Of a DNA stretch of 64,000 nucleotides, positions 36,366 through 47,267 are shown one piece after another (within the stretch, counting starts at the first letter, position 1; every line of letters starts with the position of its first letter). A program made the translations under genes and the position numbers. Source of the stretch: an uncultured Pirellulales bacterium (GTDB taxonomy: Bacteria > Planctomycetota > Phycisphaerae > Sedimentisphaerales > Anaerohalosphaeraceae). Under the pieces are notes generated by a model that saw nothing but the letters and a program-made list of their open reading frames with translations, made no database searches and was not told the DNA's origin. The stretch spans positions 11,797 to 75,796 of the forward strand of contig CAZICJ010000004.1 of NCBI GenBank assembly GCA_964537635.1, read 5' to 3'.

Positions 36366-38114
36366 TTATGGATTCGGCAGAGTTTGCAGGGCGTCAATCA
36401 ACTGCTGTCTGTCGAAGATGCCGCGCAACTTGAGCCGTGTGCCGTCGGGTAGCATAACAATGCTGACCGGCACTGTGCCGGATTCGCCATAGAGATTTTT
36501 AAGGTCGGCTGTGGCGGGCATATCGTCGGTTGTCGTATCCGCTTTGATTGCCAGAACCCCTTTGGCTTTTATCAGGTCGGCGACACCCTCGTTCTGATAG
36601 ACCTGTTTATCAACGAAGACGCAGTTGGTGCACCAATCGGCAGTGAACTTGATAACAACGGGCTGTTTTTGCTCAACGGCTTTCTGAATGACTCCGGCAT
36701 TATACGCCTGCCAGTCAACAAGATGCTTTTCCATAGGCAGCAGCAGCCAGCCCGCACCCACCGCCAGGGCGGCGGCAAGCAATCGAACCGCCCATTTGCG
36801 GCCGGCAGGCGTAGCAAAATTGACCCAGCCGCCCCACATCCACAGCGCAAAACTAACAATGACCGCATAGTACAGCACATCGACCAGCCGTTCTTTGGGC
36901 AGGGCGCTTAGCATCTTGACGGCGATAATCAGCAGAATAAACCCCATCGCCTTGCGCAGATGCTCCATCCACACGCCGGGACGAGGCAGCTTATTGAGCA
37001 GCGACGGCACAAGGACAATTATCAGATACGGCAACGCCATGCCGGCGCCCATCACGATAAACGCCAGCAGACTTATCGCCGCAGACTGAGTCTGTGCCCA
37101 GACGACCACAGCGGCCAGAATTGCCCCGCTGCACGGCGTACTAAGCAGCGCCGACAAAAAGCCCATACCGATAGAACCTGCTATTCCGCTGCCGGATGAA
37201 CCGCCGCCGGTCAGCGACGATGGGATGGAAATGCCGAATACATCAAACATAAACAGCGCAAATACCACCAGAAACAATCCCATCGCCATCATAAACGGCG
37301 GATACCGCAGATGGTCGCCCCAGTTGAACACCGCGCCGGTCGTCAGTTTGAGCACAATCGCCGCACCAGCAAAGACGGCAAAAAAACCAATCACACCGGC
37401 ACAAAAGGCAAGCCCCAGACCGATGCGCCGAGAGGTCTTTTCCTGAGCCTGACTGATGAGCCGCGACAAAATCAGCGGCAGTACCGGCAGGACGCACGGC
37501 ATCAGATTAAACGAAAGCCCCGCCGCAAGCGCCAGCAGCAGTGCATAGGAAATCCCGAACGAACCGCCTTCAACGATTTGCCCTGACGCCGGTTTTGCGG
37601 GCGGCTCAATCGCTTTGTCGATTTTTCGCCATTGGCCGACGGCGGCAAAATCAACCTCGGCGGACACCGTTTTGGTAAACGGTGCAAGGCAAACCTGGCT
37701 GGTGCAGGCAATGCCGGAAATGACCGCATCGACCTGAAATTTACCGTCGGCGGGCGGATTGACAATCGGTATCAAAATGTCAAACCGGCCGACATACACA
37801 TCGATGTTTTTTTTCAGCCCCTTGTCGAACAGCACGGATGGCCTAGGTGCAATCGGTTTATCAAAAGACAATCCCGGTGCTTGTGCCGCGACGGTCAATT
37901 CCAGTCCCTCAGCCGGTGCCGATTGCGGCGTGGCATAGTAGTGCATATCTGCCGTACCGTCAAATACAACCGCAGCGGCGGGCGAGCCATTGAGCAGCAC
38001 CGGTTCCAGATAGGCTCCAGAAAACTCTTGGTTTTGACGCACCAGTTCAACAGAAGGCTGGGCGGCTGCCATTGAAACCAGCCACAGCAGCCAAAACACA
38101 TTTTGAATCCGCAT
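36366..38114 (-). CDS. dsbD: DsbD-family protein-disulfide reductase (DsbD-N, TM domain, thioredoxin)
   Basis: ACTSQVCLAP, FNLMPCVLPVLP, LSTPCSGA, FTADWCTNC. Confidence 0.88.
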   Translation of the reverse strand: MRIQNVFWLLWLVSMAAAQPSVELVRQNQEFSGAYLEPVLLNGSPAAAVVFDGTADMHYYATPQSAPAEGLELTVAAQAPGLSFDKPIAPRPSVLFDKGLKKNIDVYVGRFDILIPIVNPPADGKFQVDAVISGIACTSQVCLAPFTKTVSAEVDFAAVGQWRKIDKAIEPPAKPASGQIVEGGSFGISYALLLALAAGLSFNLMPCVLPVLPLILSRLISQAQEKTSRRIGLGLAFCAGVIGFFAVFAGAAIVLKLTTGAVFNWGDHLRYPPFMMAMGLFLVVFALFMFDVFGISIPSSLTGGGSSGSGIAGSIGMGFLSALLSTPCSGAILAAVVVWAQTQSAAISLLAFIVMGAGMALPYLIIVLVPSLLNKLPRPGVWMEHLRKAMGFILLIIAVKMLSALPKERLVDVLYYAVIVSFALWMWGGWVNFATPAGRKWAVRLLAAALAVGAGWLLLPMEKHLVDWQAYNAGVIQKAVEQKQPVVIKFTADWCTNCVFVDKQVYQNEGVADLIKAKGVLAIKADTTTDDMPATADLKNLYGESGTVPVSIVMLPDGTRLKLRGIFDRQQLIDALQTLPNP

Positions 38115-38158
38115 ACATAACCCCTGTAATGGAATTACCCGGCCTGGCGTATCGCTGA

Positions 38159-38656
38159 TTAGCGGTGTTTGATCATCAATTCGATATCTTCCAGCAGCGC
38201 CTGAAGGTCTTCTTCATGTTCAACTTCCTGCTGGATAATCTGAAGGACGATATTGTAGGTTACCGGGTCTGTATTTTGAGTTTTTTCCATCAGCTTTTTG
38301 TAGGTCGTGATGGCGCACTGCTCACCCTTGATGTTCTGTTTGAGGATCGCCTCAACATACACATCGTCCGGCGCATCATAGCCGCAATTGGTGAATTTGT
38401 ACCAGTCCTTGGGATTATTTACAGGCGTCCCGCCAAGCTGAATGATGCGGTTTGTCAGCATCAGCGAATGAGCGAGCTCCTCGGTGGCGTGCAGTTCCAG
38501 TTCTGCGATGACCGCATCTTTCATCGGCCCCTTGAGCACTTTGGCGCCGATCCAGTATTGATAATACGCCAGCCATTCATCACAAAACGCCCGATTCAGC
38601 AGACCGAGAAGCTCCTTGACATCCATCCCGACAATTTCGATTCCTTTTGTACCCAT
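38159..38656 (-). CDS. Ferritin-like (DPSL/bacterioferritin-type) protein
   Basis: DEWLAYYQYW, HATEELAH, RIIQLGGTP, GEQCAI, EVEHEEDL. Confidence 0.88.
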   Translation of the reverse strand: MGTKGIEIVGMDVKELLGLLNRAFCDEWLAYYQYWIGAKVLKGPMKDAVIAELELHATEELAHSLMLTNRIIQLGGTPVNNPKDWYKFTNCGYDAPDDVYVEAILKQNIKGEQCAITTYKKLMEKTQNTDPVTYNIVLQIIQQEVEHEEDLQALLEDIELMIKHR

Positions 38657-38735
38657 CGTCTAATCCTTTCTAAATCAACTCGTTTTTTCCCAGCATCCGT
38701 ATTGATATCACAGCCTGCCAGACTTTGGAATTTTT

Positions 38736-39419
38736 TTATTCTTGCGGCAGCCGCGACAAATCCGCATCCCGGCCGGCAATCATCAGAACATCATCTTTAT
38801 AAACCATCGTTTCCGGCATCGGGACATTGATGACTTCTTCGGCCTCGGAGCTGACGGCGGCGGTGCGCTTGATGGCAACCAGATTCAGGTTGTACTTGAG
38901 ACGCAATTGAAGTTCCTTGACGGTTTTGCGGTCGAAACTGTCCGGCGCCGTAACACGAGCGAGGCTGTAGCCGGGGGCAAAATCAATTTTCTCTTCGATG
39001 TGCGGGGTAATCAGCCGGTACGCCCATCGCTGAGCGGTTTCGATTTCCGGATAAATTACCTCGTCGGCGCCTATTGCCGTCAGGACCTGACCAGCGGTCT
39101 GGTTTTCGGCACGGGCGTAAATATGCGGCACGCCGAGCTGTTTTAAGTTGACCACCGTCAAAATCGCCGCCTCAAAGCCATGACCGGCCTGCCCCATTCC
39201 TACAATCGCGACATCCACCCGCTCGACGCCCTGAGACTTTAGGGCATCCTTATCGGTGCTGTCTAACCGCACGGCATGGGTTACTTCATCGCGGATATTT
39301 TCAACAACCTCCCGGTCGCGGTCAATCGCAAGCACCTCAGCGCCGCTGGCTGTCAGTGTAAGCGCAAGACGGCTGCCGAAACGGCCCAATCCAATTACAG
39401 CAAAGCGTTTCATAGTCAT
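38736..39419 (-). CDS. ktrA: KtrA/TrkA potassium uptake NAD-binding subunit
   Basis: FAVIGLGRFGS Rossmann fold, GADEVIYPE, RCK-C domain. Confidence 0.9.
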   Translation of the reverse strand: MTMKRFAVIGLGRFGSRLALTLTASGAEVLAIDRDREVVENIRDEVTHAVRLDSTDKDALKSQGVERVDVAIVGMGQAGHGFEAAILTVVNLKQLGVPHIYARAENQTAGQVLTAIGADEVIYPEIETAQRWAYRLITPHIEEKIDFAPGYSLARVTAPDSFDRKTVKELQLRLKYNLNLVAIKRTAAVSSEAEEVINVPMPETMVYKDDVLMIAGRDADLSRLPQE

Positions 39420-39443
39420 CTTCCTTTGAGAAGTTCTTTCCAG

Positions 39444-41225
39444 TTAACCCACAACCAGCGGCTCGACGGGATAATCGTAGCGGGCAGGACGCACATTGAA
39501 CATCATCCCGACCAGCAGTGTCAGCGGTCCCAGTCTGCCGATGAGCATCGTCATCATAATAACCCATTTACCTGCCGTTGTCAAAGACGGCGTAATACCG
39601 GTTGACAAGCCCACAGTTCCAAGCCCCGAAGCGGCCTCAAACGCAATATCCTCTATTGCAAAATGGCTGTTGCGTTCCGTTATGGATAATGTCAATATGG
39701 ATATCAGCAAAACCGTCATATACAGGGTCGTAATCGTAATGGCTCGCCCGATGACAATCAGCGGCACCGCCCGCCGGAACATCTCCACATCGCGCCGCCG
39801 CCGCAGCGTTGTATATATCACCATTACCAGCAGCGCAAAGGTAACTGTCTTGATGCCGCCGGCAGTCGAACTCGGAGAGCCCCCGATAAACATCAGAAAA
39901 ATCAAAACCAGTTTGCTGCCCGACGACATGCCGGCCATATCAATCGTATTAAATCCCGCGGTGCGCGCTGAAATCGATTGAAACAGCGCCGACAAAAAAC
40001 GCGGGTCGCGGCTGTCTTTGGGCGAATAATACTCAAATAACATCAATGCCGCGGTCCCGCCCGCAATCAAAAGAAAGGTCATCGTCAAAACAATCTTGGT
40101 TTGCAGATGCAAGCGGTGCGGCACAACCGGATTACGCACACTGGACAGTACGTTGTGCTGGACAAAAAATCTGCGGAACTTATCCGCAATCACATCCGAT
40201 AAATTGTACAACACCCCGAATCCAAGTCCGCCGGCCACGATCAACGGGCAAATCACCAGATACAAGCCCTTCGAATCGTGATACTCCATCAAATTGTTGG
40301 GAAACAAGGCAAAACCCGCGTTGCAAAAGGCGCTGATGGAATGAAAAATGCTGAAATACCATTTCTGCTGAGAGCCGACCGCGCCGCAGGGGATATTGTC
40401 CCACATGGGGTATAAACAAACCGCCCCGACCATTTCAACCAAAAGCGTCGTGATAAACACGAAGCCGACCATTTTGCCGATACGATTGAGCGTCTGTTCG
40501 TTGAGCAAGTCTTGCATCGCCGAGCTTTCGCGCATACTGAGCGATTGGCCCAGCATCATCGCCAGCACCGCCCCGAAAATCACAATCCCCAGCCCGCCAA
40601 GCTGAATCAGCGTCATAATCACCAGTTCGCCAAACAGGGTAAAAGAAGTGGCGGTATCGACGACGGTCAGCCCCGTTACACAGGTGGCGCTGGTGGCAGT
40701 AAAGACCGCATCGATAAAACGCATCTGTTCCAGAGTGTGCGATTTGGGCAGCATCAGCAGGCCTGCGCCGGCCAATATCAGCACCACAAACAAGGTTATC
40801 AACGACCGTGCCGGGTTATGTCCGCTCGAGGCTAAGAAAATAGTGCTTCGACAAACCTTATCGATAACCTGGACAACTAAGTAAATACTGACCCCTCTAA
40901 GGATGGAATCTATCGGCTGGTCGATCGCGGCAAACCACCGCCCCGGACCCATAAAAGCCAAAAACAAGATAGCCAATAGCGGGATTTCAAACCAATACAT
41001 CCGGAAATACTCGCGTTTGGATACAGCGTTAAAATACCGGATGACTTTTTCCAGCACAAAAAAGAAAAAAAGCCCGATTTCGATACCGTGAAGCAGGTAG
41101 CGGGGCAGGGGCGGGGTGTAATACCCGTAAAGCATGACAAATGTTGCAGCGACGGTCAGAATCCCAACCGCATTAAGGATAATCATCGCACGCTCAAGGC
41201 GCTTATTGCTGTATTCAATTATCAT
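39444..41225 (-). CDS. ktrB: KtrB/TrkH potassium uptake membrane subunit
   Basis: ATSATCVTGL, SISAFCNAGF, SARTAGFN, GGSPSSTAGGIK, GTVGLS, GRLGPL. Confidence 0.92.
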   Translation of the reverse strand: MIIEYSNKRLERAMIILNAVGILTVAATFVMLYGYYTPPLPRYLLHGIEIGLFFFFVLEKVIRYFNAVSKREYFRMYWFEIPLLAILFLAFMGPGRWFAAIDQPIDSILRGVSIYLVVQVIDKVCRSTIFLASSGHNPARSLITLFVVLILAGAGLLMLPKSHTLEQMRFIDAVFTATSATCVTGLTVVDTATSFTLFGELVIMTLIQLGGLGIVIFGAVLAMMLGQSLSMRESSAMQDLLNEQTLNRIGKMVGFVFITTLLVEMVGAVCLYPMWDNIPCGAVGSQQKWYFSIFHSISAFCNAGFALFPNNLMEYHDSKGLYLVICPLIVAGGLGFGVLYNLSDVIADKFRRFFVQHNVLSSVRNPVVPHRLHLQTKIVLTMTFLLIAGGTAALMLFEYYSPKDSRDPRFLSALFQSISARTAGFNTIDMAGMSSGSKLVLIFLMFIGGSPSSTAGGIKTVTFALLVMVIYTTLRRRRDVEMFRRAVPLIVIGRAITITTLYMTVLLISILTLSITERNSHFAIEDIAFEAASGLGTVGLSTGITPSLTTAGKWVIMMTMLIGRLGPLTLLVGMMFNVRPARYDYPVEPLVVG

Positions 41226-41520
41226 TAACTCTTTATTCTAAAAGATGTTATGAGAGATTCTATCAAACATAAAGATATCCGTCCGTTATTTTAAATCATT
41301 TACTCCCACTTTCAACTAAATTATCGCCCAAATGGTTTAATGTTGTGGGCAGGCAATCCGGTGGTCGAAAGCCTGCCTACTGGTCTGCAAATGCTGCATT
41401 GCAATGACACGGATTGGATAGTCGAGGGCAGAAAGTGGAAGGTAGGGCGGGAAATTAAAAAGCAAAATGAGAAGAACAATGGCGCATTCGAACATGAAGC
41501 GCAAGGTCTTGGGACAATGT

Positions 41521-42333
41521 TCAGCCTAGGGCGACATCGAGTGTCATCATGACGGCAAAGCCGAGCATGGCGCCGGCAGTGGCAAGGTCGGTGTTGCCTT
41601 CGCGCTGGGATTCGGGAATGACTTCCTCGATGACGACAAAGATCATTGCACCGGCGGCAAAGCTCAGAGCATAGGGCAGCAGCGGAGCAACCAGCATGAC
41701 CGCCGCGGCGCCGATAACGCCGGCGATGGGTTCAACGGCGCCGGAAAGCTGGCCGTACCAGAAACTTTTCAGCCGACTCATTCCTTCGCGGCGCAGCGGC
41801 ACGGAGACGGCCATGCCTTCGGGGAAATTCTGCAAACCGATGCCCAATGCCAGCGCACAGGCAGCGCCGAACGAGGCTTCTGTCAGGCCATACTTTAACG
41901 CCCCAAAAGCGACGCCGACGGCCAGGCCTTCGGGGATGTTGTGCAGTGTGATGGCCAGCACCAGCAGGGTGCTTCGCCGCCAGGATGTCTTGATGCCTTC
42001 GGCTTCTTTGATGGGATACTCGATATGCAAATGCGGCAGTATCAGGTCGATGCATCGGATAAACGCCCCGCCCAGCAGAAAGCCTGTCAAGGCGGGTATC
42101 CAACCGGGTTTTCCCTGTGATTCTGCCATTTCGATGCCGGGCGCCAGCAGCGACCAGAAACTGGCGGCAATCATCACCCCGCCGGCAAAGGCGAGCATAA
42201 AATCCAGCGTCTTGCGTCCGATGGTGCGGGTGAGAAACACCGCCGAGGCGCCCAGGGCGGTAACGCCCCAGGTAAAGAGGGTTGCCAGCAGCGCCTGGAC
42301 GATGGGATTGAGATTTTCAAGGGCATTGAACAT
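41521..42333 (-). CDS. ZIP-family (ZupT/GufA) metal transporter
   Basis: [35 protein letters not shown]. Confidence 0.92.
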   Translation of the reverse strand: MFNALENLNPIVQALLATLFTWGVTALGASAVFLTRTIGRKTLDFMLAFAGGVMIAASFWSLLAPGIEMAESQGKPGWIPALTGFLLGGAFIRCIDLILPHLHIEYPIKEAEGIKTSWRRSTLLVLAITLHNIPEGLAVGVAFGALKYGLTEASFGAACALALGIGLQNFPEGMAVSVPLRREGMSRLKSFWYGQLSGAVEPIAGVIGAAAVMLVAPLLPYALSFAAGAMIFVVIEEVIPESQREGNTDLATAGAMLGFAVMMTLDVALG

Positions 42334-42348
42334 ATAGCACAAACTCCA

Positions 42349-42678
42349 TTACCATTTTTTAAACACAAAAAAGACCGCCAGCAGGATAAAGGCAAATCCC
42401 ACCAGATAATTCCATTTGAAACTTTCTTTAAGGTACAGCACGGAAAAGACCGCAAAAACAACCAGTGTGATGACTTCCTGAATTGTTTTGAGCTGTGCGG
42501 TGGTGAATTGCTCACTGCCGATGCGGTTGGCCGGCACCTGAAAACAATACTCGACAAAGGCAATCAGCCAACTGACCAGTATCGCTTTCCACAGCAGGCT
42601 GTGTCTGAATTTGAGATGACCGTACCAGGCAAAGGTCATAAAGATATTGGACAGGGTTAATAAGAGGATGGTTTTCAT
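42349..42678 (-). CDS. DMT-superfamily small membrane protein (DUF486-like)
   Basis: SNIFMTFAWYGHLK, EYCFQVPANRIG, QLKTIQEVITL. Confidence 0.88.
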   Translation of the reverse strand: MKTILLLTLSNIFMTFAWYGHLKFRHSLLWKAILVSWLIAFVEYCFQVPANRIGSEQFTTAQLKTIQEVITLVVFAVFSVLYLKESFKWNYLVGFAFILLAVFFVFKKW

Positions 42679-42703
42679 CGGGTTCTCCGAGTGATGTTTT
42701 TGG

Positions 42704-43669
42704 CTATGACAATATTTTTCGGATCTCGGCACAATCCGTGCGGATTTGGTCAATTAACTGTTGTCGGCTGTCGAACCGCTGCTGGGGACGGATGCGGCTG
42801 ACAAAATCCATCGCCAGATATTTGCCGTAGAGATTTTCGACATGGTCTTCCAGAATATGAGCTTCGATGAGCAGGGGATAGTCCGTAACGAATGTTTTTG
42901 CGCGTCCGAGGCTGAATGCGGCTGGCCGTTTGGCGGGGGCAGTCCACACCTCATCCAGACTGTCGCTGACAGCCACCCAGCCGGCATAAACTCCTTCGGC
43001 GGGAATGGTTTGGTTTTCCGGATGGATATTGGCGGTCGCAAAGCCCAGTGTTTTTCCGATGCCGCGTCCGGGGACGGTCTTGCCGACGAGGCGGTAGTGC
43101 CTTGCCAGCAGTGTATTGGCGGCACTGATATTGCCTTCTTCGAGCAGCCGGCGGATGGCGGAACTGGAACACAGCATCCATTGTTGTTCCTTGTCGAGAA
43201 ATACCTGGCGAAACGGCGCTTCATGGACGGAAAAGCCAAAGTATTTGCCCAGTTGCCTCAGGGTTTCCATCGTGCCGCTGCGTCCGTAGCCAAAGGTAAA
43301 ATTGGGACCCTCGACAACCGCTGTGGGACGCAGCGTTTGTACCAGGAATTCCTCGATGAAGGCACGCGGGGACAGATTCAAAAACCGCAGGGTATCGGTG
43401 ATGATAATGAGCTGGTCGGCGCCGGCCTGTTCCAGCAGGCGGGCTTTCATGGCGATGGGACTCAGCGCCTGCGGCGCCCGCTGTGGGTACAGAACGGTAA
43501 GCGGATGCGGCTCAAAGGTCATTGCGGTCAGGGGTCCCTGCGGGCAGACATTTTTTGCCATCGTCAGAATATCGATATGGCCGGCGTGCAGGCCGTCGAA
43601 ATTGCCGATACAAACAACACCGCCTTGCTGAACACCCTCAAGTCCGCCGCTGGAATCATAGATTTTCAT
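42704..43669 (-). CDS. ribF: Bifunctional riboflavin kinase/FAD synthetase
   Basis: IGNFDGLHAGH, TFEPHP, GPNFTFG, SSSAIR, GFATAN, IEAHIL. Confidence 0.92.
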   Translation of the reverse strand: MKIYDSSGGLEGVQQGGVVCIGNFDGLHAGHIDILTMAKNVCPQGPLTAMTFEPHPLTVLYPQRAPQALSPIAMKARLLEQAGADQLIIITDTLRFLNLSPRAFIEEFLVQTLRPTAVVEGPNFTFGYGRSGTMETLRQLGKYFGFSVHEAPFRQVFLDKEQQWMLCSSSAIRRLLEEGNISAANTLLARHYRLVGKTVPGRGIGKTLGFATANIHPENQTIPAEGVYAGWVAVSDSLDEVWTAPAKRPAAFSLGRAKTFVTDYPLLIEAHILEDHVENLYGKYLAMDFVSRIRPQQRFDSRQQLIDQIRTDCAEIRKILS

Positions 43670-43803
43670 TATGCAATCTCCACAATAAGCGGGAGCATCA
43701 TACCTGCCGGCGGCCTGTTTGACAAGCAATTTCCGGTTTGGACTTGACGCATCTGCCTGTATCGGTCAAGATAACGGCAGTCAATTGTTTATTGTGGACA
43801 TGG

Positions 43804-44844
43804 ATGAAGACATATATCTACCTATCAGGATTGGTGTTTATTGCCGTACTGTGTATGCTGTCGGTGTTTGGGGCGTTTCTGGGCGCCGACCGCGCGAAGG
43901 ACTTTTTCAATTCCTTTCCTCTGGCGGTGTTCTGGGGCGGGTTTGCGGCGGTGTTTGTCTGGGCAATCATCGCATTTCGCAGTCTCCAGCGGAGTGTGCC
44001 GTTGTTTGTGATTCATATCGGCTGCGTGCTGGTGCTGTGCGGAGGCTTGATTGGCTCTCAGACCGGCATTCGGTTTTACAACCGCCTGTTCGGCAAAGAT
44101 GATTTGAGCAAGGGATATATCAGGTTATATCCGCACCAAACCGCCCGCCAGGTGACCAGTGAGATTGACAGGCGGCTTTATGACCTTGGGATGGAATTTC
44201 GGCTCAATCAATTCGATGTGCTGTATTATGATAATGCGGACGGCCATTTTTTGATTCAGGACAATCAGACCGGCCGGCAATGGCAGATGCCGGCACAGAC
44301 GGCGGCCGGCCAATCGGTTGATTTACCGCCGCTGAACGCTGCCGCAGAAGTGGCTGGGGTGTATCAGAATTTGCAGATATCGGTTGAGGATGGACGGGTG
44401 TCGGCACAGGAGGGGCCTCTGACGCAATCCAATCCCGGCTGGCAGCTTCGGATTCATTTACCCGACGGCGCGAGTGAAACGCATTATGTTTTTCAGAATC
44501 AGGCAGCGCATCGCAATCCGCAAAAGCGGTTTATGGTTTCGTTTGAGAGCAATCAGATGGTGCGTGATTATGTCAGTGATTTGACGGTGCTTTCCGGCGG
44601 CAAAGACATAGCTGCCAAAAAAATCGAAGTCAATAAGCCGCTCTATGTGCGGGGATATCATCTCTATCAAAGTTCATGGGGGCAGGATGAGAATGGTCTT
44701 TATTCGGTGCTGCAAGTGGTCAATTCGCACGGTCTGACGGCGGTGTTCGCCGGATATATGCTGATATCGGCGGGGCTGATTTGGCATTTTGCCGTAGTGT
44801 TAAGCGGCAGCAGGAAAAATAGAAAGGCCGGCAATGCAGATTAA
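43804..44844 (+). CDS. resB: ResB/CcsB-like cytochrome c biogenesis protein (system II)
   Basis: Three N-terminal TMs with IHIGCVLVL, YVSDLTV, IEVNKPLYVRGYHLYQSS, C-terminal TM. Confidence 0.82.
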   Translation: MKTYIYLSGLVFIAVLCMLSVFGAFLGADRAKDFFNSFPLAVFWGGFAAVFVWAIIAFRSLQRSVPLFVIHIGCVLVLCGGLIGSQTGIRFYNRLFGKDDLSKGYIRLYPHQTARQVTSEIDRRLYDLGMEFRLNQFDVLYYDNADGHFLIQDNQTGRQWQMPAQTAAGQSVDLPPLNAAAEVAGVYQNLQISVEDGRVSAQEGPLTQSNPGWQLRIHLPDGASETHYVFQNQAAHRNPQKRFMVSFESNQMVRDYVSDLTVLSGGKDIAAKKIEVNKPLYVRGYHLYQSSWGQDENGLYSVLQVVNSHGLTAVFAGYMLISAGLIWHFAVVLSGSRKNRKAGNAD

Positions 44845-45622
44845 GCAGTCAGCCGAAGGAGTGTTGATTTATGCCGCGATGGGGCAGTTGCTTATCGGGT
44901 TGATCGCGGCGCTGCTGCGCCGATACCGGCTGGCCGGCTGGATTGCGGCGTCGGCCTGTGCGACGCTGCTGGGCGGCTGGGTGTGGCGATGGCATCAGGT
45001 GGGACATATCCCGATGCAGAATATGTTTGAGGTGTTTTTAACGCTGGGTCTGGTACTGCCGCCGATTGGGGCGGTCTGCCGCAAATGGCTGGATAGTCCC
45101 GACTGTGCGGATACGATTGGCGATATGGTGCTGGGGCCGATTGTGCTGTTTCCAGCGGGGTTTGTATTTTCCGACCAGCGGCAGATGCTGCCGCCGGCGC
45201 TGCAAAGCCCGCTGTTTGCCCCGCATGTGGCGGTCTATATGCTCTCTTACGCGCTGATGGCCAAGGCGGCAATTCAGGCGGGGATGGGATGGATGCAGCC
45301 CAGTCAATCCCAACAGCGAGAAGAGTTTGCCTATAAACTGATTTGCATGGGATTTCCGCTGCTGACGCTGGGGCTGCTGCTGGGCAGTGTCTGGGGCAAA
45401 TTGGCCTGGGGCGACTGGTGGGGCTGGGACCCCAAAGAACTGTGGTCGCTGGCCTGCTGGCTGGTGTATGCGTTTTATCTGCACTGGCGAAAGTGGTTTC
45501 GACGGCAGATTATTTCTGTCAACTTTGCAACGGTGATGATGGGTTTTGTGTTCATCATCATCACGCTGCTGTGGGTCAATCTGTCACGAATTTTTAGCGG
45601 AGTACACAATTATGCGGGATAA
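44834..45622 (+). CDS. ccsA: Cytochrome c biogenesis protein CcsA/ResC
   Basis: HIPMQNMFE, LPPALQSP..PHV, GSVWGKLAWGDWWGWDPKELW (WWD domain), YLH. Confidence 0.93.
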   Translation: MQIKQSAEGVLIYAAMGQLLIGLIAALLRRYRLAGWIAASACATLLGGWVWRWHQVGHIPMQNMFEVFLTLGLVLPPIGAVCRKWLDSPDCADTIGDMVLGPIVLFPAGFVFSDQRQMLPPALQSPLFAPHVAVYMLSYALMAKAAIQAGMGWMQPSQSQQREEFAYKLICMGFPLLTLGLLLGSVWGKLAWGDWWGWDPKELWSLACWLVYAFYLHWRKWFRRQIISVNFATVMMGFVFIIITLLWVNLSRIFSGVHNYAG

Positions 45623-47261
45623 ATTGAGTGTGAAATTACGAATGCTGCTATGGATTATCTGTCTGATATTGCTGGGCGCAGGCCAGACGAAAGGCGCTGC
45701 GGATTCAAATGATTTTACCACAGAACTGCCCTCGCACAAGAATATGCGGATGGACTGGTGGCGGCAGGCGCGTTTTGGGATGTTTATCCATTGGGGGATT
45801 TACGCGGTGCCGGCCGGCCAATGGCAGGGCAAAACCGGCTATGGCGAATGGATACGCAATGAGGCGCAGATTCCATCCGACCAATATGATTTGTTTGCCG
45901 GGGCGTTTAACCCGCAGGCATTTTCCGCCGGCCAATGGGTCAGCACGGCCAAAGCGGCAGGGTTCAAATATATCATCATTACCAGCAAGCATCACGATGG
46001 GTTCTGTCTGTGGGACAGCGCCCAAACCGATTTTGACATCATGGATGCAACGCATTATAAGCGGGATATCCTCAAAATGCTTGCTGATGAGTGCCGCAGG
46101 CAGGATATGCAATTGGGGTTCTATTATTCGATTATGGATTGGCATCACGCGGATTATCTGCCGCGCCGGGGGTGGGAAAAACGCAGCGCTGAAGGAGCGG
46201 ATTTCGACCGGTATGTTCGGTATATGAAGGCACAGCTCGGCGAATTGGTGAGCCGATACGATCCGGCGGTTTTGTGGTTTGACGGCGAATGGGAAACGAC
46301 CTGGACAAGCGAACGGGGGTGGGACTTGTATAATTATTTACGCGGCTTAAAGCCGGTGATTATTATCAATAATCGGGTGGGCAAAGGCCGTCAGGGTATG
46401 GCCGGCACATACGACCCCAATGCTGAGGCGGGCGATTTTGGAACGCCTGAGCAAGAAATCCCCGCGATGGGGCTGCCGTATGACTGGGAAGCGTGTATGA
46501 CAACCAACGACCATTGGGGCTATAATGCGGCAGATAAAAATTATAAGTCCCCTCAGGATTTGATGCGCAAGCTGGCCGACATTGCCTCCAAGGGCGGCAA
46601 TTTTCTGCTCAATGTGGGACCTATGGCCGATGGGACATTTCCACCCGAGGCGGTCAAGCGGCTGCAGGCCGTCGGCAGTTGGATGCAGATGCACAGCAAA
46701 AGCATTTACTCGACGCGGGCGAGTTTGTTTAGCCACTTGTCCTTTGGCCGCAGCACGACCGGCGATAAGCGGGTTTATCTGTTTGTTTTTGACTGGCCTG
46801 CCGATGGGAAACTGATGCTGCCGGGATTATTCAGCAGGCCGCTGGCAGCCCATTTTATGGAATATCCGGATTTGCCGATCGGCATCACGATAGAGCAAAC
46901 GGATGTTGTACTGTCGGTGCCGAAGGAGTCGGTCGAATCGCTGCTGCCGGTCATTGAGTTGGAATTTGCCCAGATGCCGCAGGTGGTCAACGGTCCTCAG
47001 ATTTTTCCGGAACAGGCGGAATTCGACAACGCCGTCGATATTTCATTCAGCGATTTTGTCGCCGACGACAGCCACCGGATTCATTACACACTGAACGGCA
47101 CAGACCCCAACGCAGCCAGCCTGTATTATGAAGAGCCGTTCACGCTGAGGGATTCAGCAGTAGTATCCTGCCGGAAGTTTTCACCGGACGGAAAACCGCT
47201 CAGCGCAGTGTCGCGCAAACAGTTTGTAAAAAAGACGCCGGATAAAAAACCGCAGCCGTAA
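45612..47261 (+). CDS. Alpha-L-fucosidase (GH29) with C-terminal Fn3-associated/chitobiase-like domain
   Basis: WWRQARFGMFIHWG, TSKHHDGF, LWFDGEW, INNRVG, DFGTPEQ, WEACMT, NFLLNVGP; IHYTLNGTDP. Confidence 0.92.
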   Translation: MRDKLSVKLRMLLWIICLILLGAGQTKGAADSNDFTTELPSHKNMRMDWWRQARFGMFIHWGIYAVPAGQWQGKTGYGEWIRNEAQIPSDQYDLFAGAFNPQAFSAGQWVSTAKAAGFKYIIITSKHHDGFCLWDSAQTDFDIMDATHYKRDILKMLADECRRQDMQLGFYYSIMDWHHADYLPRRGWEKRSAEGADFDRYVRYMKAQLGELVSRYDPAVLWFDGEWETTWTSERGWDLYNYLRGLKPVIIINNRVGKGRQGMAGTYDPNAEAGDFGTPEQEIPAMGLPYDWEACMTTNDHWGYNAADKNYKSPQDLMRKLADIASKGGNFLLNVGPMADGTFPPEAVKRLQAVGSWMQMHSKSIYSTRASLFSHLSFGRSTTGDKRVYLFVFDWPADGKLMLPGLFSRPLAAHFMEYPDLPIGITIEQTDVVLSVPKESVESLLPVIELEFAQMPQVVNGPQIFPEQAEFDNAVDISFSDFVADDSHRIHYTLNGTDPNAASLYYEEPFTLRDSAVVSCRKFSPDGKPLSAVSRKQFVKKTPDKKPQP

Positions 47262-47267
47262 GAGCGG

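Noticed and set aside
41226-41520. Possible ncRNA or small gene in the ktrB-ZIP spacer
   Set aside because: No convincing stems, RBS or motif; AT-rich promoter-like DNA only
42761-43747. 328-aa plus-strand ORF
   Set aside because: Antisense shadow of ribF
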